Source of the DNA: Chromatiales bacterium
GTDB lineage: Bacteria > Pseudomonadota > Gammaproteobacteria > Chromatiales > Chromatiaceae
Length of the DNA: 64,000 bases
Reading direction: 5' to 3'
Assembly: GCA_024712425.1 (NCBI GenBank)
Contig: JAKRWE010000002.1
Span: 1,518 to 65,517, forward strand
In this document: positions 37,818 through 48,672 of the stretch, piece after piece
Position numbering within the stretch: the stretch's first letter is position 1
Layout of the letters: each line of letters begins with the position of its first letter
Translations under genes and position numbers: made by a program
Notes under the pieces: generated by a model
Database searches by the model: none
What the model was told of the DNA's origin: nothing
What the model saw: the letters and a program-made list of their open reading frames with translations, nothing else

Positions 37818-38582
37818 ATGGGCGCCAACTCCAAGGTTATTTCGATCGACGGTATCAAGGCAGCCTGCAGCAACTGCAGCCTGGCCACCCTGTGCCTGCC
37901 TTTTGGACTCGACACCGAAGACGTCGACCGCCTGGAAAGGATCATCAAGCGCAACCGCCCTGTTCAGCGCGGGCAGATCCTGTACCGTCCTGGCGACAGA
38001 TTTCGTAGCCTGTTCGTGGTCAAGACCGGAGCGGTTAAGACCTTCACCCAGACCGCCGCCGGTGATGAGCATGTCATCGGTTTCCACCTGCCCGGGGAGA
38101 TGCTCGGTCTGGACGCCATCCAGGACGATCACCATGGCTGCTTTGCCAAGGCGCTGGAAACCACAGTCGTCTGCGAACTGCCGTTCGAGAATCTCGAGAG
38201 TCTGTCCGCCTCCGTTCCCAGCCTGCAACACCAGCTGCTGCGCCTACTGAGCAGGGAAGTCAGCGTCGAGGCCAACATGATCTCCTTGCTGAACAACAGC
38301 ACTGCGGAGGAACGCCTGGCCTCCTTCCTGCTCAGTCTCTCGGAACGCTTCAAGCGACGCGGTTTTTCGGCAACCGACTTCTTCCTCGCCATGTCGCGCC
38401 AGGATATCGGCAGTTACCTGGGGCTTGCACTGGAGACGGTCAGCCGACTGTTCACCCGTTTTCAGGAGCATGGGGTACTCGAAGTGGACCGCAAACACGT
38501 CCAGATCAAGAATTTGGATGAGTTGAAACGCATGCTCAAACACCAGACGCCCTGTCACACCACCCTCGGCCAGTCATCCTGA
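37818..38582 (+). CDS. fnr: FNR/ANR-type oxygen-sensing transcriptional regulator
   Basis: 254 aa from MGANSKVISIDGIKAACSNCSLATLCLP (C-x2-C-x5-C) plus a central Cys (HHGCFA), a cNMP-like domain and a C-terminal HTH (SRQDIGSYLGLALETVSRLF). The track ORF start at 37443 overlaps the previous gene and is rejected. Confidence 0.88.
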   Translation: MGANSKVISIDGIKAACSNCSLATLCLPFGLDTEDVDRLERIIKRNRPVQRGQILYRPGDRFRSLFVVKTGAVKTFTQTAAGDEHVIGFHLPGEMLGLDAIQDDHHGCFAKALETTVVCELPFENLESLSASVPSLQHQLLRLLSREVSVEANMISLLNNSTAEERLASFLLSLSERFKRRGFSATDFFLAMSRQDIGSYLGLALETVSRLFTRFQEHGVLEVDRKHVQIKNLDELKRMLKHQTPCHTTLGQSS

Positions 38583-38622
38583 ATCATCGACCCTGCGACA
38601 GACCCAACGCCACCCCGTCCCC

Positions 38623-39330
38623 ATGGCCACACGACAGATCCCGGTCGTCCACTGCCGTAACTGCGCACTCTACAAGACGGCCAGGATACTCGGCCTGGAA
38701 TCACCGGCCTGCGAGGCCCTCGACCGGGTGGTGCTGCGCGACCACCCTATCGAGAAAGGAGACGCACTCTTCCACAGCGGCGATCCCGTTCGGCACCTGT
38801 ACCTGGTTCATTCCGGCTTCTGCATCAGCCACAACAGCGGCACCTCGCAGCGGATCCGGGGCTTCCATATTCCCGGAGAAATCGTCGGTATCGAGGACAT
38901 CGGGGAGGAGCGACACACCCATACCGCCTGCGCGCTGGAACACGGCTCGCTGTGCCAGCTCGACTATTCCCGTCTCGAGACGACCCTGACACGCGACGAA
39001 CTGGTCAGGGTCCAGCACTACCTGATGGTGGCTGCCGCCAGACACGCGCGCCTGCTGCAGAAGGAACTCCTCATAATGGGCCTCCCGAATGCCGAACAGC
39101 GTGTCGCCGCCTTCCTCTTCAACCTGGGACAGCGATTGGAGAGCCATGGCTTCCCCGCCCTGGCGTACCGACTCCCCATGTCCCGCGACGAGATGGCCAA
39201 TTACCTGGGACTGGCTCCCGAAACCGTGATGCGCGTACTCAAGACGCTCGCCCGCAAGGGGCTGATCCACATCCGCACCCGTCGGGTGGAGCTGCTGCAG
39301 CCCGAGACCCTGAGAAATCTCCTGACGTAA
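38623..39330 (+). CDS. second CRP/FNR-family regulator with non-canonical Cys spacing
   Basis: 235 aa with HCRNC near the N-terminus, further Cys residues at about 30 and 103, a cNMP-like domain and an HTH (SRDEMANYLGLAPETVMRVL). Confidence 0.8.
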   Translation: MATRQIPVVHCRNCALYKTARILGLESPACEALDRVVLRDHPIEKGDALFHSGDPVRHLYLVHSGFCISHNSGTSQRIRGFHIPGEIVGIEDIGEERHTHTACALEHGSLCQLDYSRLETTLTRDELVRVQHYLMVAAARHARLLQKELLIMGLPNAEQRVAAFLFNLGQRLESHGFPALAYRLPMSRDEMANYLGLAPETVMRVLKTLARKGLIHIRTRRVELLQPETLRNLLT

Positions 39331-39358
39331 ACAGCATTCCGCATTTTGTCGCCGGGAA

Positions 39359-39372
39359 TTGACAAAGATCAA
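39359..39372. promoter_or_regulatory. FNR/ANR box upstream of ccoN
   Basis: TTGACAAAGATCAA matches the TTGAT-N4-ATCAA consensus at 9/10 positions. It lies about 150 bp upstream of the ccoN start, and TATAAT sits at 39423-39428. Confidence 0.7.
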
Positions 39373-39386
39373 ATCCGCACCGAAAA

Positions 39387-39400
39387 CTGACATTCATCAG
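39387..39400. promoter_or_regulatory. weaker FNR-like half-palindrome upstream of ccoN
   Basis: CTGACATTCATCAG (7/10 to consensus). Confidence 0.35.
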
Positions 39401-39517
39401 TATTATTACCTACTGATATCTGTATAATCCGGGCCGGGAACTTTTCAGCACTGGATCGGTCATCCGCACCGGGCCCGAGCCGAAAAACCCCGGATAATCA
39501 ATTAATTAAGGGTTGTT

Positions 39518-40951
<1,434 letters not shown>

Positions 40952-40973
40952 CGGATAAAGGAGAAAAACGACA

Positions 40974-41711
40974 ATGGCTGAAAAAATCTATTCGACCAAA
41001 CTGCAGGACACCGCAGAACGCAACGTCTTCGTGATGTTTGTGATGCTGCTGGTACTGCTCTCCGTGGGCGGACTGGTGGAAATCGTCCCGCTCTTCTATC
41101 TGGACGAGACCATGGAGTCCAGCCGGCACCCCGAGATCGTCTGGCAAAACGAGGGCAAGCCGATCAGCGTTGCCAACTTCAAGGTGGGCGACAGCATCAC
41201 CTGGAAGCCCGGCGACGGCGTGCGTCCGTGGACCGCCCTGGAACTGGCCGGACGTGACGTCTACCAGCGGGAAGGCTGCCACCTCTGCCACTCGCAGATG
41301 ATCCGCCCGTTCCGTGACGAGAAGGAGCGCTATGGCCACTACTCCCTGGCCTCCGAGTCCATGTACGACCACCCCTTCCAGTGGGGCTCCAAGCGGACCG
41401 GCCCGGACCTGGCCCGTGTCGGCGGCAAATACTCCAACGAGTGGCACCGCCAGCACCTCAAGGCCCCGCGCAGCGTGGTGCCGGAGTCGGTCATGCCCAA
41501 CTATCCGTGGCTGTTCGAAAACACCGTGGACGGCAACGAGCTGAAGGCCCACATGAAAGGCCTGCGCATGGTCGGCGTTCCGTACACCGATGCGGACATC
41601 GCAGCCGCCTCCAAGGTCGATGGCGCGCGTGAAATCGATGCCGTCGTCGCCTACCTGCAGGCACTGGGCACCATGGTCAACTTCAAAGACGGCGTGGATT
41701 ATCGTGAATAA
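40974..41711 (+). CDS. ccoO: cbb3-type cytochrome c oxidase subunit II (monohaem)
   Basis: N-terminal TM anchor, CHLCH haem site and FixO-like sequence. Confidence 0.92.
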   Translation: MAEKIYSTKLQDTAERNVFVMFVMLLVLLSVGGLVEIVPLFYLDETMESSRHPEIVWQNEGKPISVANFKVGDSITWKPGDGVRPWTALELAGRDVYQREGCHLCHSQMIRPFRDEKERYGHYSLASESMYDHPFQWGSKRTGPDLARVGGKYSNEWHRQHLKAPRSVVPESVMPNYPWLFENTVDGNELKAHMKGLRMVGVPYTDADIAAASKVDGAREIDAVVAYLQALGTMVNFKDGVDYRE

Positions 41712-41910
41712 CCTGAGGGAGTATTTCCACACCAACTGGGCCGCGATGACCCTGCACGACTGGATCGGGCTGATCATCACGGTGGCCGCCTTCATCGGCA
41801 TGGTGTGGATTTACGCCCGCGTCTTCAACCCGAAGAACAAGGAACGATACGAATCACAACGCCATATTCCCTTTGATGAAGAGAATACCGACTCGGAGAA
41901 TGAAAAATGA
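41704..41910 (+). CDS. ccoQ: cbb3-type cytochrome c oxidase subunit CcoQ
   Basis: 68 aa from GTG 41704, overlapping the ccoO stop. It has a single TM ([15 protein letters not shown]) and a ...PFDEE tail typical of CcoQ/FixQ. Confidence 0.75.
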   Translation: MNNLREYFHTNWAAMTLHDWIGLIITVAAFIGMVWIYARVFNPKNKERYESQRHIPFDEENTDSENEK

Positions 41911-42746
41911 GTGACAATATCAATCCTCATGGTCAGACCACGGGGCACGTCTGGGACGAGACCCTGGCGGAACTGACCAACCAACCGCCCAAGTGGTGGA
42001 TGCTCGGGCTGCATGCCAGCTGGATCCTGGTGGTGCTTTACACCATCTATTATCCATCCTGGCCACTGGCCTCCAGCCACTTCAAGGGTATCGCCGGCTG
42101 GACCGCCATCGGCGAATACAAGCAGGACCTCAAGGAGATCACGGATGTCCGTGCCCCCTTCGAGAAAAAGCTCAAGGGCATGGATGCTGCCGCCATCCTC
42201 GGTGACAACCAGCTGAAAGAGTATGTGACGCGCTCCGCCAAGGTGCTGTTCGGCGACAACTGCGCCGCCTGCCACGGCTCCGGCGGGCAGGGCAACCCGG
42301 GCTTCCCGGTGCTGGTGGACGACGACCGGCTGTACGGCGGCCAGATCGGCACCATCGTGCAGACCATCAGCAATGGCCGTCACGGCATGATGCCCAAGAT
42401 GGGGGGCATGCAGCTCAAGCCCGAAGAGATCGACAAGCTGGCCAACGCCATCTACAACGGCACCATTACCAAGGAGCCACTGTTCATGGCCAAGGGCTGT
42501 GTCGGCTGCCACGGCGTCAATGCCAAGGGCAACCAGGCTCTGGGTTCGGCCAACCTGACCGACAAGATCTGGCGCTTCAAGGCCGAGGATCAACTCGCCA
42601 GCATCAAGTACACCATCACCCATGGTGTCAACGATGCCTCCGATCCCAAGACCCGCAAGGCCGAGATGCCTGCATGGCAGAGTCGCCTGACGGAAACCCA
42701 GATCAAGAAACTGGCTGTCTACGTCCACGAACTGGGCGGTGGTTAA
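41907..42746 (+). CDS. ccoP: cbb3-type cytochrome c oxidase subunit III (dihaem)
   Basis: N-terminal TM and two CxxCH sites (CAACH, CVGCH). Confidence 0.92.
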   Translation: MSDNINPHGQTTGHVWDETLAELTNQPPKWWMLGLHASWILVVLYTIYYPSWPLASSHFKGIAGWTAIGEYKQDLKEITDVRAPFEKKLKGMDAAAILGDNQLKEYVTRSAKVLFGDNCAACHGSGGQGNPGFPVLVDDDRLYGGQIGTIVQTISNGRHGMMPKMGGMQLKPEEIDKLANAIYNGTITKEPLFMAKGCVGCHGVNAKGNQALGSANLTDKIWRFKAEDQLASIKYTITHGVNDASDPKTRKAEMPAWQSRLTETQIKKLAVYVHELGGG

Positions 42747-42762
42747 TAATCGTCACATTGTA

Positions 42763-42785
42763 CGGGGCCTCACGGCCCCGTTTTT
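42763..42785 (+). terminator. hairpin plus T-run immediately after ccoP
   Basis: CGGGGCCTCACGGCCCCGTTTTT. Confidence 0.75.
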
Positions 42786-42805
42786 GACTCGCAGGAGGAA
42801 ACCTC

Positions 42806-42922
42806 ATGAGTGACTGGGTAGCAATCGCATCTTATCTATCGGTGGCTGCGGCTGCCGGACTGGTCGTCTTCTTCATCCTCAAGGCCCGAAAACTGATGAA
42901 TGAAACCCATTCGGAAGACTAG
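42806..42922 (+). CDS. unannotated 38-aa single-TM protein between ccoP and ccoG
   Basis: An AGGAGGA Shine-Dalgarno lies 7 nt before the ATG. The translation is MSDWVAIASYLSVAAAAGLVVFFILKARKLMNETHSED. It is below the ORF-track length cut-off and is bracketed by two hairpin terminators. Confidence 0.55.
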   Translation: MSDWVAIASYLSVAAAAGLVVFFILKARKLMNETHSED

Positions 42923-42943
42923 GCGCTATTTACATAGGGAACG

Positions 42944-42975
42944 GAAAAGGGGGCATCGCCCCCTTTTCTTTTTTC
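42944..42975 (+). terminator. rho-independent terminator after the small ORF
   Basis: AAAAGGGGGCATCGCCCCCTTTTCTTTTTT. Confidence 0.85.
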
Positions 42976-42993
42976 CATGCAAATAGTGCTTTA

Positions 42994-43007
42994 TTGTGAA
43001 ATATCAA
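42994..43007. promoter_or_regulatory. FNR/ANR box upstream of ccoG
   Basis: TTGTGAAATATCAA (8/10 to TTGAT-N4-ATCAA), about 100 bp upstream of the ccoG start. Confidence 0.6.
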
Positions 43008-43093
43008 TGACTTCCCGGACATGAGATGACACCATCGCCTTCGATTGGTGTATTATTATCGGCTTAAATTCGAGCAGGCCACATACCTGCTCC

Positions 43094-44533
43094 TTGGACT
43101 TTCAGGAGAGAACAGTGAGTGAGACTCCAGCTTCCAGCGCCCCCCGGTACGAGGACGATATCTACGAAGACGCCGCCAACTGGCATGTCAACACGGGTGA
43201 TGAAAAGATTCATGCCAAGCGGGTAACCGGGCACTGGAGAAAGCTCAAGTGGTTTACCCACAGTGTCTGGCTGGTCTTCTTCCTGGGCCCGTTCCTGCGC
43301 TGGGATGGCCATCAGGCGGTGCTCTTCGACATCCCCGGCCGGCAGTTCCACATCTTCGATCTCACCATCCTGCCCCAGGACGTGTGGATGCTGTCACTGG
43401 TGCTGCTCTTCTTCGCTATGCTGCTGGCAGCGGTCACGTCCATTGCAGGGCGGGTCTATTGCGGTTTCTTCTGTTTCCAGACCATTTGGACCGATGTATT
43501 CACCTGGATCGAGAACCGGATCGAAGGCGTCCCCGCCAAGCGTCGCAAGCTGGAAGAAGGCCCCTGGACCGGTGAAAAGTTCCGCAAGCTGGGGTTCAAG
43601 TGGTTCCTCTGGCTGGTCATATCGGTACTGACCGGTATCAGTTTCGTGTCCTGGTTTACCGATTCTCTCCAGTTGTGGAAGGACCTGTTTACCGGACAGG
43701 CATCCGGCACCGCCTATTTCGTGGTCGCCCTGTTCACCGTCGGGACCTTCGTGCTTGCCGGACGTCTGCGTGAACAGGCCTGCTTCTGGCTATGCCCCTA
43801 TGCCCGTATCCAGGGGGTCATGTACGACCAGGAAACCATTCTACCGACCTACGATTTCCATCGTGGTGAGCCGCGTGGGCGCCTGAAGAAGGGCAAGGTG
43901 CCCGAAGGCCAGGGCGACTGCATCGACTGCAAACAGTGTGTGGCCGTCTGCCCCACCGGGATCGATATCCGCATGGGTCAGCAGGAAGGCTGCATCACCT
44001 GCTCCCTGTGCATCGATGCCTGTGACGCCGTGATGGAAAAGATCGGCAAACCCAAGGGCCTGATCCGTTATGCCTCGCTGGACGAGATGGAGGGCAAGAA
44101 GCAGCTACCCCTCTACAAGCGCCCGCGGCCGCTGATCTATCTGACCATTTTGACCCTGGCCTTTTCCGGCATCATCTATGGCCTGACCCACCTGGGCAGC
44201 ATCGAACTCGGTGTCCTGCACGAGCGTGCGCCGCTGTTCGTGCAGCTGAGCGATGGCTCGATCCAGAACAAGTACCGTATCAAGATACTGAACAAGACCG
44301 ACAAAAACTTCCAGGTCCGCATCACCGCCACTGGTATCGACGGCATGCAGTTGAAAGGGGCCGAAAAACCGCTCACCACGCGCAAGGGGGATGACACCTC
44401 CTACACGTTGTATATCACGCCCCCCGCCAGCAGCATTCACGATGAGCGTACGCCGATCACGTTTACGGCGACGAACGTGGCGGACCCTACTCAGCAGGCG
44501 ACCTATGAAAGCATGTTCTTCGCGCCACGTTGA
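43094..44533 (+). CDS. ccoG: cbb3 oxidase accessory protein CcoG/FixG (polyferredoxin)
   Basis: TM segments plus two 4Fe-4S motifs (CIDCKQCVAVCP, CITCSLCIDAC). The likely true start is GTG 43115, after an AGGAGA Shine-Dalgarno. Confidence 0.9.
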   Translation: MDFQERTVSETPASSAPRYEDDIYEDAANWHVNTGDEKIHAKRVTGHWRKLKWFTHSVWLVFFLGPFLRWDGHQAVLFDIPGRQFHIFDLTILPQDVWMLSLVLLFFAMLLAAVTSIAGRVYCGFFCFQTIWTDVFTWIENRIEGVPAKRRKLEEGPWTGEKFRKLGFKWFLWLVISVLTGISFVSWFTDSLQLWKDLFTGQASGTAYFVVALFTVGTFVLAGRLREQACFWLCPYARIQGVMYDQETILPTYDFHRGEPRGRLKKGKVPEGQGDCIDCKQCVAVCPTGIDIRMGQQEGCITCSLCIDACDAVMEKIGKPKGLIRYASLDEMEGKKQLPLYKRPRPLIYLTILTLAFSGIIYGLTHLGSIELGVLHERAPLFVQLSDGSIQNKYRIKILNKTDKNFQVRITATGIDGMQLKGAEKPLTTRKGDDTSYTLYITPPASSIHDERTPITFTATNVADPTQQATYESMFFAPR

Positions 44534-44545
44534 GCGAGACGCCGC

Positions 44546-45082
44546 ATGACCGAGGTAACGCAAACCATGAAACCGCGTATTTCACAATCGAGCAAGCAGG
44601 CCTTCCGCAACCCCTGGGTCCTTGGCTGGCTGGCCACCATTGTCATCGTCCTGATGGTCAATGCCGGGTTCATCATCACCGCCGTGGCGACCAACCCCGG
44701 ACTGGTGGACAAAAACTACTACGAAAAGGGGCGGGACCTGGAACGGGAGATCAACACCCTGCGTGAGACCCGCCAGCGCCTGGGCTGGAAGATGCAGCTC
44801 GACATGGCGCAAAAGCCGCGGGTCAACCAGGCGATCCGCTATACCCTGAGCGTGGTGGACAAGGCGGGCGCTCCGGTGGATGGGGAGCGTGCCGTGATAC
44901 AGGCCTATCGGCCGAGTGATGCTGCATCCGACTTCGAGACCGAGATGGAGAAAATCGCGCCCGGCACCTACAGTGTGAAACTGAGCTTCCCGCTCAAGGG
45001 CATATGGGATATCGCCGCCACACTGCACAATGGCGAGGACACCCTGCAGATCACCCGCCGCATCAGCGTCAAGGCTCCGTGA
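44546..45082 (+). CDS. ccoH: FixH/CcoH family protein
   Basis: 178 aa with the N-terminal RNPWVLGWLATIVIVLMVN TM and a FixH-like periplasmic domain. Confidence 0.8.
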   Translation: MTEVTQTMKPRISQSSKQAFRNPWVLGWLATIVIVLMVNAGFIITAVATNPGLVDKNYYEKGRDLEREINTLRETRQRLGWKMQLDMAQKPRVNQAIRYTLSVVDKAGAPVDGERAVIQAYRPSDAASDFETEMEKIAPGTYSVKLSFPLKGIWDIAATLHNGEDTLQITRRISVKAP

Positions 45083-47541
45083 CCGAAAGCCTGCCTGGAG
45101 AAGGCTGCTATCACTGCGGTCTTCCGCTGCCTGACAAGGGGCAACACTTCTCAGCCGAAATCAAAGGGCAGCCCCGCAGCTTCTGCTGCGTGGGCTGCCA
45201 ATCGGTGTGCGAGGCCATCCATGCCGCGGGCATGCAGGGTTTCTATCAACGCACGCCGGAAGGCACACTGCTCGCCCCACCGCCCGAGCCGCCCAAGGAC
45301 TTGGCCCTGTACGACCTTGAAGAGGTCCAGAGCGAATTCGTCCACCAAACGGGCGATGAACGGGAGATCAACCTGCTGGTGGAGGGCATCCACTGCGCTG
45401 CCTGTGTCTGGCTCATCGAGCAGACCCTGAACCGCCTGCCCGGCGTGCTCTCCGCCCGGGTCAATCTCTCAGCTAAACGGCTGCTGGTACGCTGGGAGAA
45501 CAGCCGGATCAGGCTTTCGCAGATCCTCGAGCAGCTCACACACGTCGGTTACAACGCGGTTCCTTTCGACCCGGAGAGCGCCGAGGGCGCCCTCAAGCGA
45601 CAGAACCGCGCCCTGCTGTTCCGCATCGTATTCGCCGGGTTCACCATGATGAACCTGCTGTGGATCTCGATTGCGCTCTACTCCGGCGCCGACCGCGGCG
45701 AGTTTCGTGACCTGTTCCACTGGATCGGCTTTCTCCTGGCCACCCCGACTCTTTTCTATTCCGGGTGGCCCTTCCTGCGCGGCGCCTGGACCTCGTTGCG
45801 AACCGGCCACCTGGGCATGGACCTCCCTATCGCCCTGGGTGCCACCATCACCTGGCTGTATTCGAGCTGGGTCACCATCAGCAGGGTGACGGGACACGAG
45901 GTCTACTTCGACACCGTGGTGAACTTTATCTTCGTCATCCTGGTTGGACGCCACCTGGAGGCCATCTCCAAACGGCATGCGGTGGCCGCCACGCAGCGTC
46001 TGCTCGACCTCCAACCACGGGTGGCGACCTTGCTCACCCAGGAAGGCGAACAGAAGGTGTCGATCAGGCGCATCCACCCGGACGACCATGTGCTCGTCCG
46101 ACCCGGGGAAAAGATCCCTGTGGACGGCGTCGTCCTGGAGGGACACAGCACGGTCAACGAGTCCATGCTGAGCGGGGAATCCAGGCCGGTCACCAAGTCG
46201 CCCGGCGAATCCGTATCGGCCGGTACCCTGAACGGCAATGGAACCCTCACCGTGAAGGTCACCGGCACCCTGCGCAACACCGCCCTGGGACGCATCATCC
46301 AGCTGGTGGAGGAGGCCCAGTCATCCAAGGCGCCCATCCAGTGCACAGCCGACCGCATCGTGCCCTGGTTCGTGGTCGGTACACTGAGCCTGGCCACCCT
46401 GACCTTCCTGATCTGGTTCACGCGGGACTTCGAACTCGCGCTGATGGCGGCCACCTCGGTGCTGATCATCACCTGTCCATGCGCCTTTGGCCTAGCCACC
46501 CCGATGGCCATCGCCGTTGCCTCCGGACAGGGCGCGCGCCACGGCATCCTGGTAAAGAATGGCGCCGCCCTGGAAAGCCTCGCCTATATCGATCACTTCG
46601 TGTTCGACAAGACTGGCACGCTGACCTGTGGCCGGATGCGCATGGTGCGCTTGGAAAACCACAGCGAGCTGGAGGATGACCGCCTGCTGGCGCTGGCGGC
46701 GGCCACGGAACGTTTCTCGGAACACGCCGTGGCCGAGGCCATCGTCGATGCGACGACAGAGAGGGAGCTCGACATCCGCGGCCACCGCGTCGCGGACTTC
46801 GCCAATGTCCCCGGCAAGGGCGTGCATGCCGATGTGGACGGCCTGTCCCTGCTCCTGGGCACCGACACATGGCTGTCCGAACAAGGCGTAACGCTGCTGG
46901 ATACAACGCTCGAGGATATCGCCCGGTCCCTGGAACAGGAGGCCGCCTCTGTGGTGCATCTGGCACTGGAGGGTCGGCATGTCGCGGTCCTGGGAATCAG
47001 CGACGAATTGCGCAGCGACGCCCCTGACCTCATCCGAAGCCTGCGCGCAGCGGGCATGCGCCTCACCCTGCTCTCCGGCGACCGGCAGGGCACGGCGGAA
47101 GCGGTGGCGGAAAGACTGGGCGGTATGGAGGTGATCGCCGAGGTCCTTCCTGAACAAAAAGACCAGGTCATCCGCCAACTGCAGGAAGGCGGCCACCGGG
47201 TGGCCATGGTCGGGGATGGCATCAATGACGCGCCGGCCCTGATTCGTGCAGACGTGGGCATCGCCATCGCATCGGGCACCGATGTCTCGGTGGAGAGCGC
47301 CGACATCGTGCTCATGGGCGACGAACTGGAGAAAATCCACCTGGCCAGCGAACTGTCACGCCGTACCATACGCACGATCCGCCAGAACATCGGCATCTCC
47401 ATACTCTATAATATCGTCATGGTGCCGCTGGCCATGGCCGCAATGATCACTCCCCTGATCGCCGCCATCTCCATGCCCATTAGTTCCCTGCTGGTGATCG
47501 GCAACGCTGCCCGCATCCGCACCCTGTTCAAGAAGCGCTGA
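45079..47541 (+). CDS. ccoI: copper-translocating P1B-type ATPase CcoI/FixI
   Basis: An N-terminal Cys-rich region (CYHCGLP...FCCVGC), an HMA domain (CAACV), CPC, DKTGT and GDGINDAP motifs. GTG 45079 overlaps the ccoH stop. Confidence 0.92.
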   Translation: MTESLPGEGCYHCGLPLPDKGQHFSAEIKGQPRSFCCVGCQSVCEAIHAAGMQGFYQRTPEGTLLAPPPEPPKDLALYDLEEVQSEFVHQTGDEREINLLVEGIHCAACVWLIEQTLNRLPGVLSARVNLSAKRLLVRWENSRIRLSQILEQLTHVGYNAVPFDPESAEGALKRQNRALLFRIVFAGFTMMNLLWISIALYSGADRGEFRDLFHWIGFLLATPTLFYSGWPFLRGAWTSLRTGHLGMDLPIALGATITWLYSSWVTISRVTGHEVYFDTVVNFIFVILVGRHLEAISKRHAVAATQRLLDLQPRVATLLTQEGEQKVSIRRIHPDDHVLVRPGEKIPVDGVVLEGHSTVNESMLSGESRPVTKSPGESVSAGTLNGNGTLTVKVTGTLRNTALGRIIQLVEEAQSSKAPIQCTADRIVPWFVVGTLSLATLTFLIWFTRDFELALMAATSVLIITCPCAFGLATPMAIAVASGQGARHGILVKNGAALESLAYIDHFVFDKTGTLTCGRMRMVRLENHSELEDDRLLALAAATERFSEHAVAEAIVDATTERELDIRGHRVADFANVPGKGVHADVDGLSLLLGTDTWLSEQGVTLLDTTLEDIARSLEQEAASVVHLALEGRHVAVLGISDELRSDAPDLIRSLRAAGMRLTLLSGDRQGTAEAVAERLGGMEVIAEVLPEQKDQVIRQLQEGGHRVAMVGDGINDAPALIRADVGIAIASGTDVSVESADIVLMGDELEKIHLASELSRRTIRTIRQNIGISILYNIVMVPLAMAAMITPLIAAISMPISSLLVIGNAARIRTLFKKR

Positions 47542-47544
47542 TCC

Positions 47545-47763
47545 ATGGAAGTCATCTACACCCTCATACCCGGCATGATCTTCTTCGGTCTGGTGTTCGT
47601 CGGCATCCTCTTCTGGGCCATCAAAAAGGGGCAGTACGAAGATCTGGAGGGGGACGCCCACCGTATCCTGCTGGACGAGGACGAAGCCCCCGAAAAAGAC
47701 ATGAAAGCGACCCCGGGAGAGGCGCGGAAACGGGTGGGACTCAACTACCCTGATCAGGATTAG
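47545..47763 (+). CDS. ccoS: cbb3 oxidase maturation protein CcoS/FixS
   Basis: 72 aa, MEVIYTLIPGMIFFGLVFVGILFWAIKKGQYEDLEG..., the canonical CcoS N-terminus. Confidence 0.88.
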   Translation: MEVIYTLIPGMIFFGLVFVGILFWAIKKGQYEDLEGDAHRILLDEDEAPEKDMKATPGEARKRVGLNYPDQD

Positions 47764-47797
47764 TTCTACTTTGTTATATTCGCCTGAACATGGCGGG

Positions 47798-47940
47798 ATG
47801 GCGTGGCTTCATGTGTCCGTCGGCCGCAGGGATGCGGCCGTCGAGCCTCCGCCGTACATGGATGTACCAGTGTCGCGAAAGGCAGGACGCCGAAAGCGAC
47901 CAGGGATGGATTTACGGCGTGATACATGAAGCCACGTCAT
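47798..47940. repeat. 143-bp structured intergenic element with terminal inverted repeats and nested hairpins
   Basis: ATGGCGTGGCTTCATGT at 47798-47814 pairs with ACATGAAGCCACGTCAT at 47924-47940 (16/17). Internal palindromes are GGCCGCAGGGATGCGGCC and GTACATGGATGTAC. Confidence 0.65.
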
Positions 47941-47982
47941 TCCTACCCAGCACCTGAGGTAGCCAATATAACTGGACCAGGA

Positions 47983-48669
47983 TCAAATGGCCGGATCAAT
48001 AGCCTGGTTGAATTTCTCCAGCGGTTTCAGCAGACGGTCGAAATGCCGCGGCGGCACATACTGCAGCACCTCCTTCCCCTCTTCGTTCACCACCAGATCC
48101 AGGCCCTTCCCGGGATAGAGCCAGTGAACGACCTTGTCATTGTCCTCCCTGACGCGACGTGCCGGCTCACCGAAGCGCCGTAACAGCACCTCCGGCTTCA
48201 GATCCGCCCTGGGCAGGTAGGTCAACGCCACGATCGGCGTGGCGCGGGCAAGCAGCACGTCATCATCGGAAAGCGTCACCTTGCGCATCCCAACGGCCAG
48301 GGTCTTTATCCGCGCCCCCCGGTCGAACAGGCCGGCCAGCTGTTGTTCATCGAAATCCAGGGTGGCCACCATCCTCGCCTTGAGCCCGCTGAGCGCAACA
48401 CTGTTGAAATAGCCCTCCACCACCCGTTTTCCCTTGTCGGGCGCGAACAGGCTGACCTCGGCCTCCTCGCCGATTCGATGCTCGAGGTCGCCCAGGGTGC
48501 TCTCACCCAGAACGATACCGAATACCCGGGAATTACCGTTTGCCAGGGGTTCGATCTCCCACGGCAGGTAACGGGGCGCATCGGGCCGGCTCCCGTCCGG
48601 CGAAAGGACCGCAATCACCACCGCCACGATGGTGAGCAACAGCACGGGCCAGAAGGTGCTCTTACCCAT
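47983..48669 (-). CDS. hypothetical membrane-anchored (N-terminal TM) protein
   Basis: 228-aa ORF with the N-terminal anchor FWPVLLLTIVAVVIAVL. I recognised no family motif. Confidence 0.5.
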   Translation of the reverse strand: MGKSTFWPVLLLTIVAVVIAVLSPDGSRPDAPRYLPWEIEPLANGNSRVFGIVLGESTLGDLEHRIGEEAEVSLFAPDKGKRVVEGYFNSVALSGLKARMVATLDFDEQQLAGLFDRGARIKTLAVGMRKVTLSDDDVLLARATPIVALTYLPRADLKPEVLLRRFGEPARRVREDNDKVVHWLYPGKGLDLVVNEEGKEVLQYVPPRHFDRLLKPLEKFNQAIDPAI

Positions 48670-48672
48670 GCC

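Noticed and set aside
37443-38582. The 379-aa version of the FNR ORF, starting inside the Sgp-like gene.
   Set aside because: The N-terminal 125 aa are out-of-frame read-through of the glycine-rich gene and its terminator. FNR homology and a sensible start begin at ATG 37818.
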